Shown: positions 17,503 through 27,047 of the stretch, in pieces
How the letters are laid out: each line of letters begins with the position of its first letter
How positions within the stretch are numbered: the stretch's first letter is position 1
Origin: Pseudomonadota bacterium
GTDB lineage: Bacteria; Pseudomonadota; Alphaproteobacteria; Micavibrionales; Micavibrionaceae
Length of the DNA: 64,000 nt
Direction of reading: 5' to 3'
Assembly: GCA_040386235.1 (NCBI GenBank)
Contig: JAZKGA010000001.1
Span: 1,090,428 to 1,154,427, forward strand
Notes under the pieces: generated by a model
Told to the model about the DNA's origin: nothing
What the model saw: the letters and a program-made list of their open reading frames with translations, nothing else
The model's database searches: none
Position numbers and translations under genes: made by a program

Positions 17503-17937
17503 ATGGCCGAAGTGAATGTCCGCATTAATAATCAAAGTTATGCCATCAGTTGCGATGATGGCCAGGAACAACATGTCTTGAAACTGGCGCGTCAGGTTGA
17601 TGCGAAGGTTCAGGAAATCCGACAGGCAAGCGGCGCAAGCGACGCAAACCACTTGTTGGTATTGGCGGCCATTATTACCGCCAATGATTTGCACGATGTT
17701 CAGCCGCACGTGGCAGATTTGAAAAAACACATCAAGGCGCAGGACGATGCGTTGCGCCAGGCTGCAAGCGATATTGCGGTATTGCAGGCGCAGGTACAAT
17801 CATCCGATAACGATCACCCTTATGACCTGCCCCAGACAGCGATTACCGAAGAACAGCTTCAAAAAGTGGGAGAGCATATCACCCATTTGTCCGACCGCGT
17901 TGTCGCACTGGCCAACCGTATAAAAGCCTTGGCTTAA
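17503..17937 (+). CDS. zapA: Cell division protein ZapA
   Basis: 'MAEVNVRINNQSYAISCDDGQEQHVLKLARQVDAKVQEIRQ' is a typical ZapA N-domain, followed by a coiled coil. Confidence 0.8.
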   Translation: MAEVNVRINNQSYAISCDDGQEQHVLKLARQVDAKVQEIRQASGASDANHLLVLAAIITANDLHDVQPHVADLKKHIKAQDDALRQAASDIAVLQAQVQSSDNDHPYDLPQTAITEEQLQKVGEHITHLSDRVVALANRIKALA

Positions 17938-17961
17938 TGTGTTCTAATCCTATATAATTAT

Positions 17962-18130
17962 AAAGGTGAGGGGCTGCGCAATACGTGCATTTACTAATCC
18001 CGGAGGCCGATATCATTCGCTATGGGAACTGTCCCTGACGAAACCTTGGTTTTGTTATATGGTGCCCACCTGTTTTACAGGGCCACGCGCGGATGGATTC
18101 AGTGCGACGGTTGGGTGGCTCCTCACTTTT
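17962..18130 (+). ncRNA. ssrS: 6S RNA (SsrS) candidate
   Basis: It lies in the zapA / 5-formyl-THF cyclo-ligase gap, the conserved ssrS position. A long closing helix pairs 5' AAAGGUGAGGGGCUGC (17962-17977) with GGUGGCUCCUCACUUUU (18114-18130), about 16 pairs including G-U. TATAAT at 17953-17958 lies just upstream. The ends are approximate. Confidence 0.7.
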
Positions 18131-18152
18131 CTTATACATCCTCGGATTTTTC

Positions 18153-18737
18153 ATGTCTCTGTCATCCCCTGATATCACTGCGGCGAAGCAGGATTTGCGT
18201 GAAACAGCCTTGCAATTGCGGGCTGGATTACGCGCCACGGCTGATGATGAAGACTGTATTGCGTCTCAGCTACTCAACTTGCGGCAGAATTGGGCAGGGC
18301 ATATTGTCGCCGGATACTGGCCGATCCGTGGTGAATTTTCACCCTTAGCGGCCATGCTGGCTGTCTCAGGGCAGGGGGCGCAGCTGGCGTTACCCGTTGT
18401 TGATAAAGACGCCCATCACATGATTTTTGGTGTCTGGGGCGGTGGGGCGCTGATGGACGGGCCATATGGGACTAAACAGCCGCCAGAACCTGTGACTGCC
18501 TGTATTCCTGATATTATCCTGTGCCCCTTGCTGGCGTTTGATCGTCGCGGCAATCGCCTGGGATATGGCGGCGGATATTACGACGCCGCGATTAAGGCGG
18601 CGCGTCAGGCAAAAAATGCAAAAGTTTATGGCGTCGCCTTTGGCGAACAGGCCGTTTTGTTCCCGTTGCCGATCGAAAGCTTTGACGAAAAGATGGATGC
18701 TGTTATAACGCCAGAACGAATTATACCGTTCGAATAA
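18153..18737 (+). CDS. 5-formyltetrahydrofolate cyclo-ligase
   Basis: 'LLAFDRRGNRLGYGGGYYD' is the family signature. I use the internal ATG at 18153, which follows the 6S RNA candidate. Confidence 0.85.
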   Translation: MSLSSPDITAAKQDLRETALQLRAGLRATADDEDCIASQLLNLRQNWAGHIVAGYWPIRGEFSPLAAMLAVSGQGAQLALPVVDKDAHHMIFGVWGGGALMDGPYGTKQPPEPVTACIPDIILCPLLAFDRRGNRLGYGGGYYDAAIKAARQAKNAKVYGVAFGEQAVLFPLPIESFDEKMDAVITPERIIPFE

Positions 18738-18772
18738 TGACGTTTGGTGACGTTTAGATAAGTGATGAATGC

Positions 18773-19603
18773 ATGCGCATAGTATTTGTTGGCGATGTTT
18801 TTGGACGCAGCGGGCGTGATGGCCTGTTGCGGCATTTGCCTGAAATTAAGGCCCGTCTTAACCCGGACGTTGTGATCGTGAATGGTGAGAACAGCGCCAA
18901 CGGCTCTGGCATTACCGCCAAAATTTGCGAAGAGTTTTACGCGACGGGCGTGGATGTGATCACCACTGGCAACCATATCTGGGCCCAGCGTGAAATCCTG
19001 ACCTATATCGACAAAGATAAAAACCTGCTGCGGCCCATCAATTACGCAGACAAATCGCCTGGCAACGGCCATGTCGTCAAGCGTCTGGCCGATGGTCGCA
19101 CGATTATGATTGCCAACGCCATGGGCCGTGTCGATATGAAGATTCCGCTAGATGACCCATTTTCGGGTATGGATCGCTTGCTGCAGGGTAATCGCCTTGG
19201 GCAGAATCTGAACGCTATTTTTGTTGATTTTCATGCCGAAGCGACATCTGAGAAAATGGCGATGGGTCATTATTTGGACGGGCGTGTATCCTGTGTTGTC
19301 GGTACCCACACCCATGTACCGACAGCGGACGCACAGATTTTGCCAGGTGGCACAGCCTATCAAACTGATGCCGGCATGGTCGGCGATTTTGACAGTGTGA
19401 TTGGCTCGCAAAAAGATCAGCCGATTTTCCGTTTTTTACGCGGCATGTCGCTGGAACGGTTTCAACCGGCGACGGGCGAAGCCACATTATGCGGCGTTTA
19501 TGTCACAACCAATGACCGGACCGGCCTGGCCACATCCATCGCGCCGATCCGCATGGGCGGCCGCTTGTCCCCTTACTTACCTGAAAGAAAAGAAAGCGAG
19601 TAA
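18773..19603 (+). CDS. ymdB: YmdB-family metallophosphoesterase
   Basis: 'MRIVFVGDVFGRSGRD...VIVNGENSANGSGIT...VITTGNHIW...DFHAEATSEK...GTHTHVPTAD'. Confidence 0.88.
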   Translation: MRIVFVGDVFGRSGRDGLLRHLPEIKARLNPDVVIVNGENSANGSGITAKICEEFYATGVDVITTGNHIWAQREILTYIDKDKNLLRPINYADKSPGNGHVVKRLADGRTIMIANAMGRVDMKIPLDDPFSGMDRLLQGNRLGQNLNAIFVDFHAEATSEKMAMGHYLDGRVSCVVGTHTHVPTADAQILPGGTAYQTDAGMVGDFDSVIGSQKDQPIFRFLRGMSLERFQPATGEATLCGVYVTTNDRTGLATSIAPIRMGGRLSPYLPERKESE

Positions 19604-19608
19604 CGGTC

Positions 19609-20367
19609 ATGGCTGGCCATTCCAAATTCAAGAATATTATGCACCGCAAAGGCGCACAGGACGCGAAACGCGCCAAGATTTACACCAAGATCGGGCGTGA
19701 AATCACGATATCGGTCAAGACTTCCGGCCCGGATGCCGGTTCTAATCCCCGCTTGCGGGCGGCGATTATCAATGCCCGCGCCTCTAACATGCCGAATGAC
19801 CGCATTAAGCGGGCGATGGATGCGGGGCTGGGCAGTGCCGACAGCGATAATTATGTCGAGGTCCGCTATGAGGGCTATGGGCCCGGCGGTGTTGCGATTA
19901 TCGTTGATACGCTGACCGACAATAAAAACCGGACGGCGGGCGATGTCCGCGCGGCCTTCAGCAAGTATGACGGCAATCTGGGCGAAACCAATTCGGTGAA
20001 TTTCATGTTCGACCGGGTGGGTGAAATTCTGTACCCGTTAACCGTTGGGTCGTTTGATGCGGTGTTTGAAGCAGCGGTTGAGGCTGGGGCCGATGATTGC
20101 GCTGAAGACGAGGCACATTTCATCATCACGACATCGCCGAATGCATTGGGTGCAGTGCGTGATGCGTTACATGCCAAGCTGGGCGATGCGGAAAAAACGG
20201 GCATGATCTGGCGACCTTTGACGCCTGCGCCTGTGACGGATGAAGACATTGCCAAAACCCTGATGAAATTGATCGACGTCCTTGAGGATAACGACGATGT
20301 TCAAGAGGTCACGACGAATTTGGAAATGGATGAACAACTCCTCGCAAAACTTGGCGCTTCCAGCTAA
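19609..20367 (+). CDS. yebC: YebC/PmpR-family transcriptional regulator
   Basis: 'MAGHSKFKNIMHRKGAQDAKRAKIYTKIGREI'. Confidence 0.93.
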   Translation: MAGHSKFKNIMHRKGAQDAKRAKIYTKIGREITISVKTSGPDAGSNPRLRAAIINARASNMPNDRIKRAMDAGLGSADSDNYVEVRYEGYGPGGVAIIVDTLTDNKNRTAGDVRAAFSKYDGNLGETNSVNFMFDRVGEILYPLTVGSFDAVFEAAVEAGADDCAEDEAHFIITTSPNALGAVRDALHAKLGDAEKTGMIWRPLTPAPVTDEDIAKTLMKLIDVLEDNDDVQEVTTNLEMDEQLLAKLGASS

Positions 20368-20376
20368 TCTGAGGGT

Positions 20377-20901
20377 ATGAAGATTCTTGGTATCGACCCG
20401 GGGCTTCAGCATACGGGCTGGGGCATTATTGAAAGCGAAGGCAATCGCCTGATTTTTATCGCCGCCGGAACCATCGATACGGATCCGAAGCGCAGCCTGC
20501 CGGATCGCCTGGTGCAAATTGATGAAGGCCTGTGCGCCGTGATTGCCGATCATCAACCGGTTGAAGCAGGACTGGAAGAAACATTCATGAACAATAATCC
20601 GGCATCTGCCTTGAAACTGGGGTTGGCCCGCGGTGTCGCGATGGTTGTTCCCGCCCGTCTGGGTGTGAAGGTCAGCGGATATGCCGCAAACCTGGTCAAG
20701 AAATCCGTTGTCGGCGCGGGACATGCCGATAAAACCCAGGTGCAGATGATGATTAAAACGCTATTGCCGCAATCGGGTAAATTGGGGGCGGATGCCGCCG
20801 ATGCACTTGCTATTGCGATCTGTCACGCTCATCATCGCGCCAGTGCGGCACGTGTCGCAACGGCATTAGAAAAAGAAAAGGATCGTCGCCATGCTGGCTA
20901 A
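20377..20901 (+). CDS. ruvC: Holliday junction resolvase RuvC
   Basis: 'MKILGIDPGLQHTGWGII', 'AADALAIAICHAH'. Confidence 0.93.
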   Translation: MKILGIDPGLQHTGWGIIESEGNRLIFIAAGTIDTDPKRSLPDRLVQIDEGLCAVIADHQPVEAGLEETFMNNNPASALKLGLARGVAMVVPARLGVKVSGYAANLVKKSVVGAGHADKTQVQMMIKTLLPQSGKLGADAADALAIAICHAHHRASAARVATALEKEKDRRHAG

Positions 20902-21529
20902 ACTCGCAGGCATTATCGACAGTTTTGAGGCCAACGCCGTGATTGTGATGGTCGGGGGCATGGGCGTGCGCGTCCTGGCGCCGTCACGTACCCTGCAAAC
21001 GCTGGGTCAGCCGGGCGATGCGGTCCAGATGGTCACGGAACTTGTGGTGCGTGAAGACTCGCTGACTCTTTACGGCTTTAAAACCGCGACGGAATTACAG
21101 TGGTTTCGTTTGTTGACGTCGGTGCAGGGCGTTGGCCCGCGCAGTGGCCTGGCCATCCTGTCGGTATGCCCACCGGATCAGCTGCAGCTGGCTATCGCGG
21201 CCCAGGATAAATCAATGATTACGCAAGCCGAAGGCGTCGGGCCAAAACTGGCCGTACGGATTATGACGGAATTAAAAGGCAAAACGGTTTTGGGCGGCGC
21301 AACGGGCCAGAATGGTGCAGGCGACGTGTCGCCATCGGTTGCGCATACAGGTGATGAAGGTGGCGCAATTCAGGATACGATTTCGGCTTTGGCCAATTTG
21401 GGATATGGACGCAGTGAGGCCCACGCGGCGGCGGTGAATGTCTTTGCCGCACATCCTGGTGCGGATGCCAGCACGCTTATCCGCCTGGCGTTAAAGGAAA
21501 TGGGCAAGGCCCGCGGAACGGGAACATAG
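20891..21529 (+). CDS. ruvA: Holliday junction branch migration protein RuvA
   Basis: 'LTLYGFKTATELQWFRLLTSVQGVGPRSGLAILS', 'ITQAEGVGPKLAVRI'. Confidence 0.93.
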   Translation: MLAKLAGIIDSFEANAVIVMVGGMGVRVLAPSRTLQTLGQPGDAVQMVTELVVREDSLTLYGFKTATELQWFRLLTSVQGVGPRSGLAILSVCPPDQLQLAIAAQDKSMITQAEGVGPKLAVRIMTELKGKTVLGGATGQNGAGDVSPSVAHTGDEGGAIQDTISALANLGYGRSEAHAAAVNVFAAHPGADASTLIRLALKEMGKARGTGT

Positions 21530-21532
21530 GTT

Positions 21533-22579
21533 ATGACTGCACAACAATCTGCCATTCTGACCGCCACGCCTGCTGACGACGATAAAATCCTGGAGCAATC
21601 GTTGCGGCCACAAAATCTGTCCGGATTTATTGGCCAGCCGCATTTGCGCGAAAACCTGCGCGTGTTTATCAGCGCGGCCAAAACGCGCAATCGCCCATTG
21701 GATCACGTTTTGCTGCATGGCCCGCCGGGCCTGGGTAAAACCACGCTGGCCCAGATCATTGCAAAGGAAATGGGCGTTGGCCTGCGCGCGACTTCTGGCC
21801 CGGTCTTAAGCAAGGCGGGCGACCTGGCGGCGATCCTTACGAATCTAGAAGAAAACGATGTCCTTTTTATTGACGAGATTCACCGCCTGGCACCTGCGGT
21901 GGAAGAGGTATTGTATCCGGCGATGGAAGACCGGAAACTGGACCTGATTATCGGGGAAGGGCCGGCGGCGCGCTCTGTCCAAATCGACCTGCCACCTTTT
22001 ACGCTTGTTGGCGCGACCACGCGCAGCGGCCTGCTGACCAATCCTTTGCGCGATCGGTTCGGCATTCCCCTGCGGCTTGAGTTCTATCCGGCCGATGAAT
22101 TGGCCCTGATTGTTGCCCGCACCGCGCGGCTGTTGCACGTGGATATCAGCGACGATGGCGCCATGGAAATTGCCCGCCGCGCCCGTGGCACACCGCGTAT
22201 TGCAGGACGTCTGACCCGGCGTGTGGCCGATTTTGCCGCGGTGGAATCCTCACCTCGTATTGACAAACTTGTGGCTGATAAGGCGCTGCGTCGCTTGGAT
22301 ATTGATGCGGCGGGGCTGGACAGTATGGACCGGCGGTATTTGCGCTGCATGTACGATCACTATAATGGCGGCCCGGTCGGAATTGACACGCTGGCCGCGT
22401 TCTTGTCCGAACAACGCGACGTGTTGGAAGATGTCATCGAGCCGTATTTGTTGCAGCAGGGCCTGGTGGCCCGCACACCGCGTGGGCGGATGCTGGTAAA
22501 GGATGGATACGTCGCCCTGGGCCTGACCCCACCAAGCCAGGCGGATATTTTACCTTTATTGGACAGCGACAATGCATAG
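21533..22579 (+). CDS. ruvB: Holliday junction DNA helicase RuvB
   Basis: '[12 protein letters not shown]', Walker A '[11 protein letters not shown]', 'LFIDEIHRL' and 'GTPRIAGRL'. Confidence 0.96.
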   Translation: MTAQQSAILTATPADDDKILEQSLRPQNLSGFIGQPHLRENLRVFISAAKTRNRPLDHVLLHGPPGLGKTTLAQIIAKEMGVGLRATSGPVLSKAGDLAAILTNLEENDVLFIDEIHRLAPAVEEVLYPAMEDRKLDLIIGEGPAARSVQIDLPPFTLVGATTRSGLLTNPLRDRFGIPLRLEFYPADELALIVARTARLLHVDISDDGAMEIARRARGTPRIAGRLTRRVADFAAVESSPRIDKLVADKALRRLDIDAAGLDSMDRRYLRCMYDHYNGGPVGIDTLAAFLSEQRDVLEDVIEPYLLQQGLVARTPRGRMLVKDGYVALGLTPPSQADILPLLDSDNA

Positions 22580-22973
22580 CCTGCCGATACGCGTTTATTA
22601 CGAAGATACAGACGCGGGCGGGATCGTCTATTACGCGAATTACCTGAAATTCTGTGAGCGTGGCCGCACGGAATTCTTACGCGCCCATGCCATTTCTAAT
22701 TCTGCTTTGATGGCCGAAGACGGCAAGATGTTCGTCGTACGGAATGTGGCGTGCCATTACAAGCGTCCTGCCTATCTGGATGACATGCTGGAATTACAGA
22801 CAAGTATTGATAAAATCGGCAAAAGCTCTATTGTCATGCATCAAGTTGTGGCACGTGAGTCCCAGGTTATTTTCGATGCAGTCATTACATTGGTCTGCGT
22901 TGATAAAACAGGGAAACCGGCGGCTCTTCCCGCCAGTATTCGCAACACCATAACACCTCAGACACAAGACTAA
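22572..22973 (+). CDS. ybgC: Tol-Pal-associated acyl-CoA thioesterase YbgC
   Basis: '[30 protein letters not shown]'. It overlaps the ruvB stop by 8 nt. Confidence 0.88.
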   Translation: MHSLPIRVYYEDTDAGGIVYYANYLKFCERGRTEFLRAHAISNSALMAEDGKMFVVRNVACHYKRPAYLDDMLELQTSIDKIGKSSIVMHQVVARESQVIFDAVITLVCVDKTGKPAALPASIRNTITPQTQD

Positions 22974-22990
22974 GCATAAGGATCGTAAGT

Positions 22991-23758
22991 ATGGAAGGTA
23001 ACGCAGTCGAAGCCGCCGCCCTGGCAGGAACAGCCATTCATGACATGAGCGCATGGGGCATGTTCATGCAGGCGGATTTGATCGTCAAAGCGGTGATCTT
23101 GTCGCTTGTTTCCGCGTCCGTCTGGACCTGGACCGTTATCATTTCCAAACGCATGACATTGCTGAAACTAAACCGTCGTGCAGACCGGTTTGAAGAAGCG
23201 TTCTGGTCCGGTGAACCGTTGGACAAGTTGTATCTGCGCGTGAAGAAAAGCCAAAAAGACCCGTTATTGAACACCTTTACCGCCGGAATGGAAGAATGGC
23301 AGCAGGGCGTCGCTGGTGGTTTGCCGTCTTCGGAGTCCTTACACGCCTCCCTGAAACAACGGATCGAACGGGCCATGAATTTGGCGATTGGACGAGAGAT
23401 GACGCAGCTGGAACGCGGCATGACCTTCCTGGCATCCTGCGGATCGACGGCCACCTTTATTGGTTTGTTCGGGACGGTCTGGGGGATTATGCGTGCCTTT
23501 ATCGGGATTGCAGGATCAAATGACACATCCCTGGCCGTTGTTGCGCCTGGGATTGCCGAAGCTTTATTTGCGACAGCCATCGGCCTGGTCGCGGCCATTC
23601 CCGCCGTCTTGGCCTATAACATTTTCTCAACCGCATTAAACCGTTATGCCGACCGCCTGGACGCCTTTATTGTCGAATTTATGGCGATCCTGTCGCGTCA
23701 CATGGATAAACGCGAAGATCCTGGCGCGGCCACGACCGGCGATCGCAAGGTGGCATAA
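22991..23758 (+). CDS. tolQ: Tol-Pal system protein TolQ
   Basis: MotA/TolQ/ExbB signature 'LASCGSTATFIGLFGTVWGIMRAF...VAPGIAEALFATAIGLVAAIPAV'. Confidence 0.92.
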   Translation: MEGNAVEAAALAGTAIHDMSAWGMFMQADLIVKAVILSLVSASVWTWTVIISKRMTLLKLNRRADRFEEAFWSGEPLDKLYLRVKKSQKDPLLNTFTAGMEEWQQGVAGGLPSSESLHASLKQRIERAMNLAIGREMTQLERGMTFLASCGSTATFIGLFGTVWGIMRAFIGIAGSNDTSLAVVAPGIAEALFATAIGLVAAIPAVLAYNIFSTALNRYADRLDAFIVEFMAILSRHMDKREDPGAATTGDRKVA

Positions 23759-24198
23759 TGGGCATGTCTTCTGGTTCATCAGGCGGCGGACGACGGCGCG
23801 GGCGGCGTTTCGGCGGGCATGTGTCTGAGATTAACGTGACGCCGTTTGTCGATGTGATGCTGGTGCTGCTGGTTATCTTTATGGTGACTGCGCCGATGCT
23901 GACTGCCGGTGTTCAGGTCGATTTGCCGCAATCTGCCGCTGGTGCGGTTCAGGATAAAGACAACAAGCCGATTGAGATTTCAGTACGCAAGAACGGCGAT
24001 ATTTTTATCGGTGAAACACAGGTCGGCGCAGAAAAAATGATCACGATCCTGTCCAATATCACCAATAATGATTTTGATCGTCGCATTTTCCTGCGCGCAG
24101 ATAAAACGCTGGATTACGGCACGGTGATGCGTTTGATCGGTGATGTGAACAAGGCCGGATATGGCAAAGTCGCCCTTATCTCAGATTCAAAACGATAG
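23758..24198 (+). CDS. tolR: Tol-Pal system protein TolR (ExbD family)
   Basis: 'SEINVTPFVDVMLVLLVIFMVTAPMLT...VDLP'. Confidence 0.9.
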   Translation: MGMSSGSSGGGRRRGRRFGGHVSEINVTPFVDVMLVLLVIFMVTAPMLTAGVQVDLPQSAAGAVQDKDNKPIEISVRKNGDIFIGETQVGAEKMITILSNITNNDFDRRIFLRADKTLDYGTVMRLIGDVNKAGYGKVALISDSKR

Positions 24199-24213
24199 GC
24201 ACGTTATCAGATA

Positions 24214-25134
24214 ATGGCAAAGCCGACCCGTCACGATCCCTCGGATCACGAAAATGAAAACTGGAAACGCGCCAAGCGTATTTCTATCAGCATTCATCTG
24301 GGCGTTATCATCCTGATTATCTTTGGCCTGCCGTTCCTGCCTGACCGTGAATACGACACACCCATTCCGGTTGGGATTGAAGTGATGGATGTCAGCGAGA
24401 TTGCGCAGACAAATGTGCCCGAAGCCTCCAGTCGCAAGGCGGAAAAACCGGAAAAAGAAAAGCCGCCGGAACCGGTTAAGCCGCAGGTAACAGAACCGCC
24501 AAAGCCGAAGGTCGAAGACAAGCCGAAACCTGCGCCTGAAAAGCCGAAAGAAGAAACCCCGACACCGCCGCCGGTGGATGACCTGGCCGACGTAAAAGAA
24601 GAAAAGCCAAAGGAAAAACCGAAAGACAAGCCGAAACCCGCGCCTGAAAAGCCGAAAGAGGAGAAGCCGAAAGACGAACCCGACGAAACGCAGGAAACGG
24701 ATTTTGAATCAGTGCTGAAGAACTTGACGCCGGAAACGCCGACCACTGACGCACCGGCCGAAAAAGATGTTGAGACGGACGCACCACCCGCAGAAGAAGC
24801 CGCGGCAGGGGCCTTGTCCGACCGTTTGACGATGAGTGAGATGGATGCCCTGCGCCAGCAATTAAGCCGGTGCTGGAGTATTACGGCAGGTGCCGAAAAC
24901 GCCGAAGACCTGGTGATTGAAATCCGTATGCAGGTCAGTGCCGAACGGATCGTGCAATCTGCCGAAGTGGTCGATCTGGGCCGTTATGCCGCTGACACGT
25001 ATTTCCGCGCCGCTGCGGACAGTGCGCTGCGCGCCGTCAGAAACCCGCTATGCAGTCCGTTGGAGTTACCCGAAGGAAAGCACGATCAGTGGAAATCACT
25101 GAAAGTTAGGTTTGACCCGCGGGAGATGCTGTAG
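24214..25134 (+). CDS. tolA: TolA-like protein
   Basis: It has one N-terminal TM helix, a Pro/Lys/Glu-rich linker (EKPKEE repeats) and a C-terminal TonB/TolA-like domain. It lies between tolR and tolB. Confidence 0.75.
   Translation: MAKPTRHDPSDHENENWKRAKRISISIHLGVIILIIFGLPFLPDREYDTPIPVGIEVMDVSEIAQTNVPEASSRKAEKPEKEKPPEPVKPQVTEPPKPKVEDKPKPAPEKPKEETPTPPPVDDLADVKEEKPKEKPKDKPKPAPEKPKEEKPKDEPDETQETDFESVLKNLTPETPTTDAPAEKDVETDAPPAEEAAAGALSDRLTMSEMDALRQQLSRCWSITAGAENAEDLVIEIRMQVSAERIVQSAEVVDLGRYAADTYFRAAADSALRAVRNPLCSPLELPEGKHDQWKSLKVRFDPREML
24517..24662 (+). repeat. Intragenic direct repeat in the tolA linker
   Basis: Two 38-nt copies (24517-24554 and 24625-24662) differ at 2 positions and are offset by 108 nt (36 codons). 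They encode DKPKPAPEKPKEE. Confidence 0.8.
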
Positions 25135-25202
25135 GATAGTGTGCAATCGTTTCTTTCGACTTAAGTAGTATAACGACGTTTAAAATAGAATGAGGTTTAC
25201 CA

Positions 25203-26504
25203 ATGCGTTTTCATATCCTGCCATGCCTGATGATGCTCCTCCTGCTTGCTGCGCCTGTGCGGGCCGAGGTCAGTGTTGACGTTAATCGTGGCACGATTGA
25301 ACCGATCCCTATTGCGATCCCTGCTTTTACCGGCACTTCGGCACTGGCGACAGATGTACCGGCCATTGTAACGGCCAACCTGGTCAATTCCGGACTGTTC
25401 AAGGCGATTGATAAGAATTCGTTTATTCAAGACTCTGCCTCTTTGGTCCAGTCGCCCCGTTTTGCCGAATGGCGCGCGATCAACACCCAGGCCTTGGTGG
25501 CCGGCACGGTTACGGCCTTGCCAGATGGACGCCAGCGCGTTGAATTCCGCCTGTGGGACGTATTCTCACAGAAACAATTGGTTGGTATGGCCTATACCAC
25601 CAGCGACAAGAACTGGCGGCGTATTGCCCATATCATTTCCGACGATATTTATAAGCGTTTGACGGGTGAGGGAGCTTATTTTGACAGCCGCATCGTGTAC
25701 GTTGCCGAAACAGGGCCGTTGAAATCGCGCACCAAACGTCTGGCTATTATGGATCAGGATGGCTTTAACAATCAATATCTGACGGATGGCGCGGATCTGG
25801 TCCTGACTCCGCGTTTTTCACCCAGCACGCAAATGATCGCATATATGTCCTATAAGGGCGGCAAGCCACGGGTTTACATCTATGATTTGAACACGGGTCG
25901 TCAGGAAGTCCTGGGCGATTTCCCCGGTATGACGTTCGCGCCGCGCTTCTCACCTGATGGTAAAAGAGTTGTGATGTCACTGGCCCGCAATGGTAATACC
26001 GACATTTACGTCATGGATTTACGGAGCAAAAATCCGCAGCAGTTGACGACATCCTCAGGCATTGATACTGCACCTTGCTTCTCGCCCGACGGAAAAAACA
26101 TCGTGTTTGAATCCGACCGTGGCGGTACACAGCAATTGTACACGATGCGCGCGGATGGCAGCGATCAGAAACGTATTACATTCGGCAAGGGGCGTTATGC
26201 CGGGCCGGTCTGGTCCCCCCGTGGCGACACAATCGCATTTACACGGATGAATCAGGGGAATTTCTATATCGGTGTGGTCCGTCCGGATGGCAGCGGTGAA
26301 CGTATGATCACCAGTGCCTATCACGTCGAAGGTCCGACATGGTCGCCAAATGGCCGGGTTCTGTCGTATTTCAAAGATGCGCCAGGAAATGGTGGGGCGA
26401 CCGCTGCGCGGCTGTACACGATCGACATTACCGGCTTTAACGAGCGTCCGTTGAAAACACCGACGGAAGCATCCGATCCGGCCTGGTCACCGCTGAACCC
26501 TTAA
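25203..26504 (+). CDS. tolB: Tol-Pal system beta-propeller protein TolB
   Basis: Signal peptide, then 'IPIAIPAF' and repeated '[28 protein letters not shown]' propeller blades. Confidence 0.95.
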   Translation: MRFHILPCLMMLLLLAAPVRAEVSVDVNRGTIEPIPIAIPAFTGTSALATDVPAIVTANLVNSGLFKAIDKNSFIQDSASLVQSPRFAEWRAINTQALVAGTVTALPDGRQRVEFRLWDVFSQKQLVGMAYTTSDKNWRRIAHIISDDIYKRLTGEGAYFDSRIVYVAETGPLKSRTKRLAIMDQDGFNNQYLTDGADLVLTPRFSPSTQMIAYMSYKGGKPRVYIYDLNTGRQEVLGDFPGMTFAPRFSPDGKRVVMSLARNGNTDIYVMDLRSKNPQQLTTSSGIDTAPCFSPDGKNIVFESDRGGTQQLYTMRADGSDQKRITFGKGRYAGPVWSPRGDTIAFTRMNQGNFYIGVVRPDGSGERMITSAYHVEGPTWSPNGRVLSYFKDAPGNGGATAARLYTIDITGFNERPLKTPTEASDPAWSPLNP

Positions 26505-26516
26505 ATGTAAGATGAT

Positions 26517-27047
26517 TTAGGATTGCAGATCTTTGAACAAGCCATAGACGTGTTCATAGACTGCACGTTTGAACGGCACAATTAAATCGATTGTTTCGGC
26601 TAAATCGACCCAGCGATAATCTACGAATTCAGCGGGCTGCTGTGCGTTCAAATTAATATCTGCATCGGTTCCCGTAAACCGCATCGCGACCCAGGTTTGT
26701 TCCTGCCCGCGATAGCGTTTATTAATATGCGGGTTCTCAATCATTGAATCGGTGAAGGTATAGGAAATGGTGTGTGGGGCAATGCGCAGGATATGTGCCT
26801 TGGTAATCCCTGTTTCTTCAAACAGCTCACGATGCGCCGTTGTTGTAGCATCTTCACCGTCGTCGATACCACCTTGTGGCATTTGCCAGAAAAATTCGTG
26901 AGGCGTGGCCTGCTCAGGCGAATGAACACGCTTTCCGATGAACACCTTTCCATCGTTGTTAAACACGACAATCCCGACACAGCCGCGCAACGGCAAATGC
27001 GCATATGTATCAGAGTGATTAGGGGGCGTGAGCGGGGGCAAGGTCAT
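26517..27047 (-). CDS. rppH: RNA pyrophosphohydrolase RppH (NUDIX)
   Basis: NUDIX box 'GGIDDGEDATTTAHRELFEETGI'. I use the ATG at 27047, because the longer track ORF (to 27194) overlaps the upstream gene in another frame. Confidence 0.85.
   Translation of the reverse strand: MTLPPLTPPNHSDTYAHLPLRGCVGIVVFNNDGKVFIGKRVHSPEQATPHEFFWQMPQGGIDDGEDATTTAHRELFEETGITKAHILRIAPHTISYTFTDSMIENPHINKRYRGQEQTWVAMRFTGTDADINLNAQQPAEFVDYRWVDLAETIDLIVPFKRAVYEHVYGLFKDLQS

Noticed and set aside
17966-18348. Three overlapping ORFs (17966..18172 +, 18020..18238 -, 18022..18348 +)
   Set aside because: They overlap the 6S RNA candidate and the out-of-frame 5' part of the cyclo-ligase gene. They are mutually exclusive and have no recognisable content.
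24400-24760. Repetitive DNA in tolA considered as a possible CRISPR or tandem-repeat locus
   Set aside because: The repeats are in-frame coding low-complexity sequence (EKPKEE units) with no spacer/repeat regularity. No cas genes are nearby.
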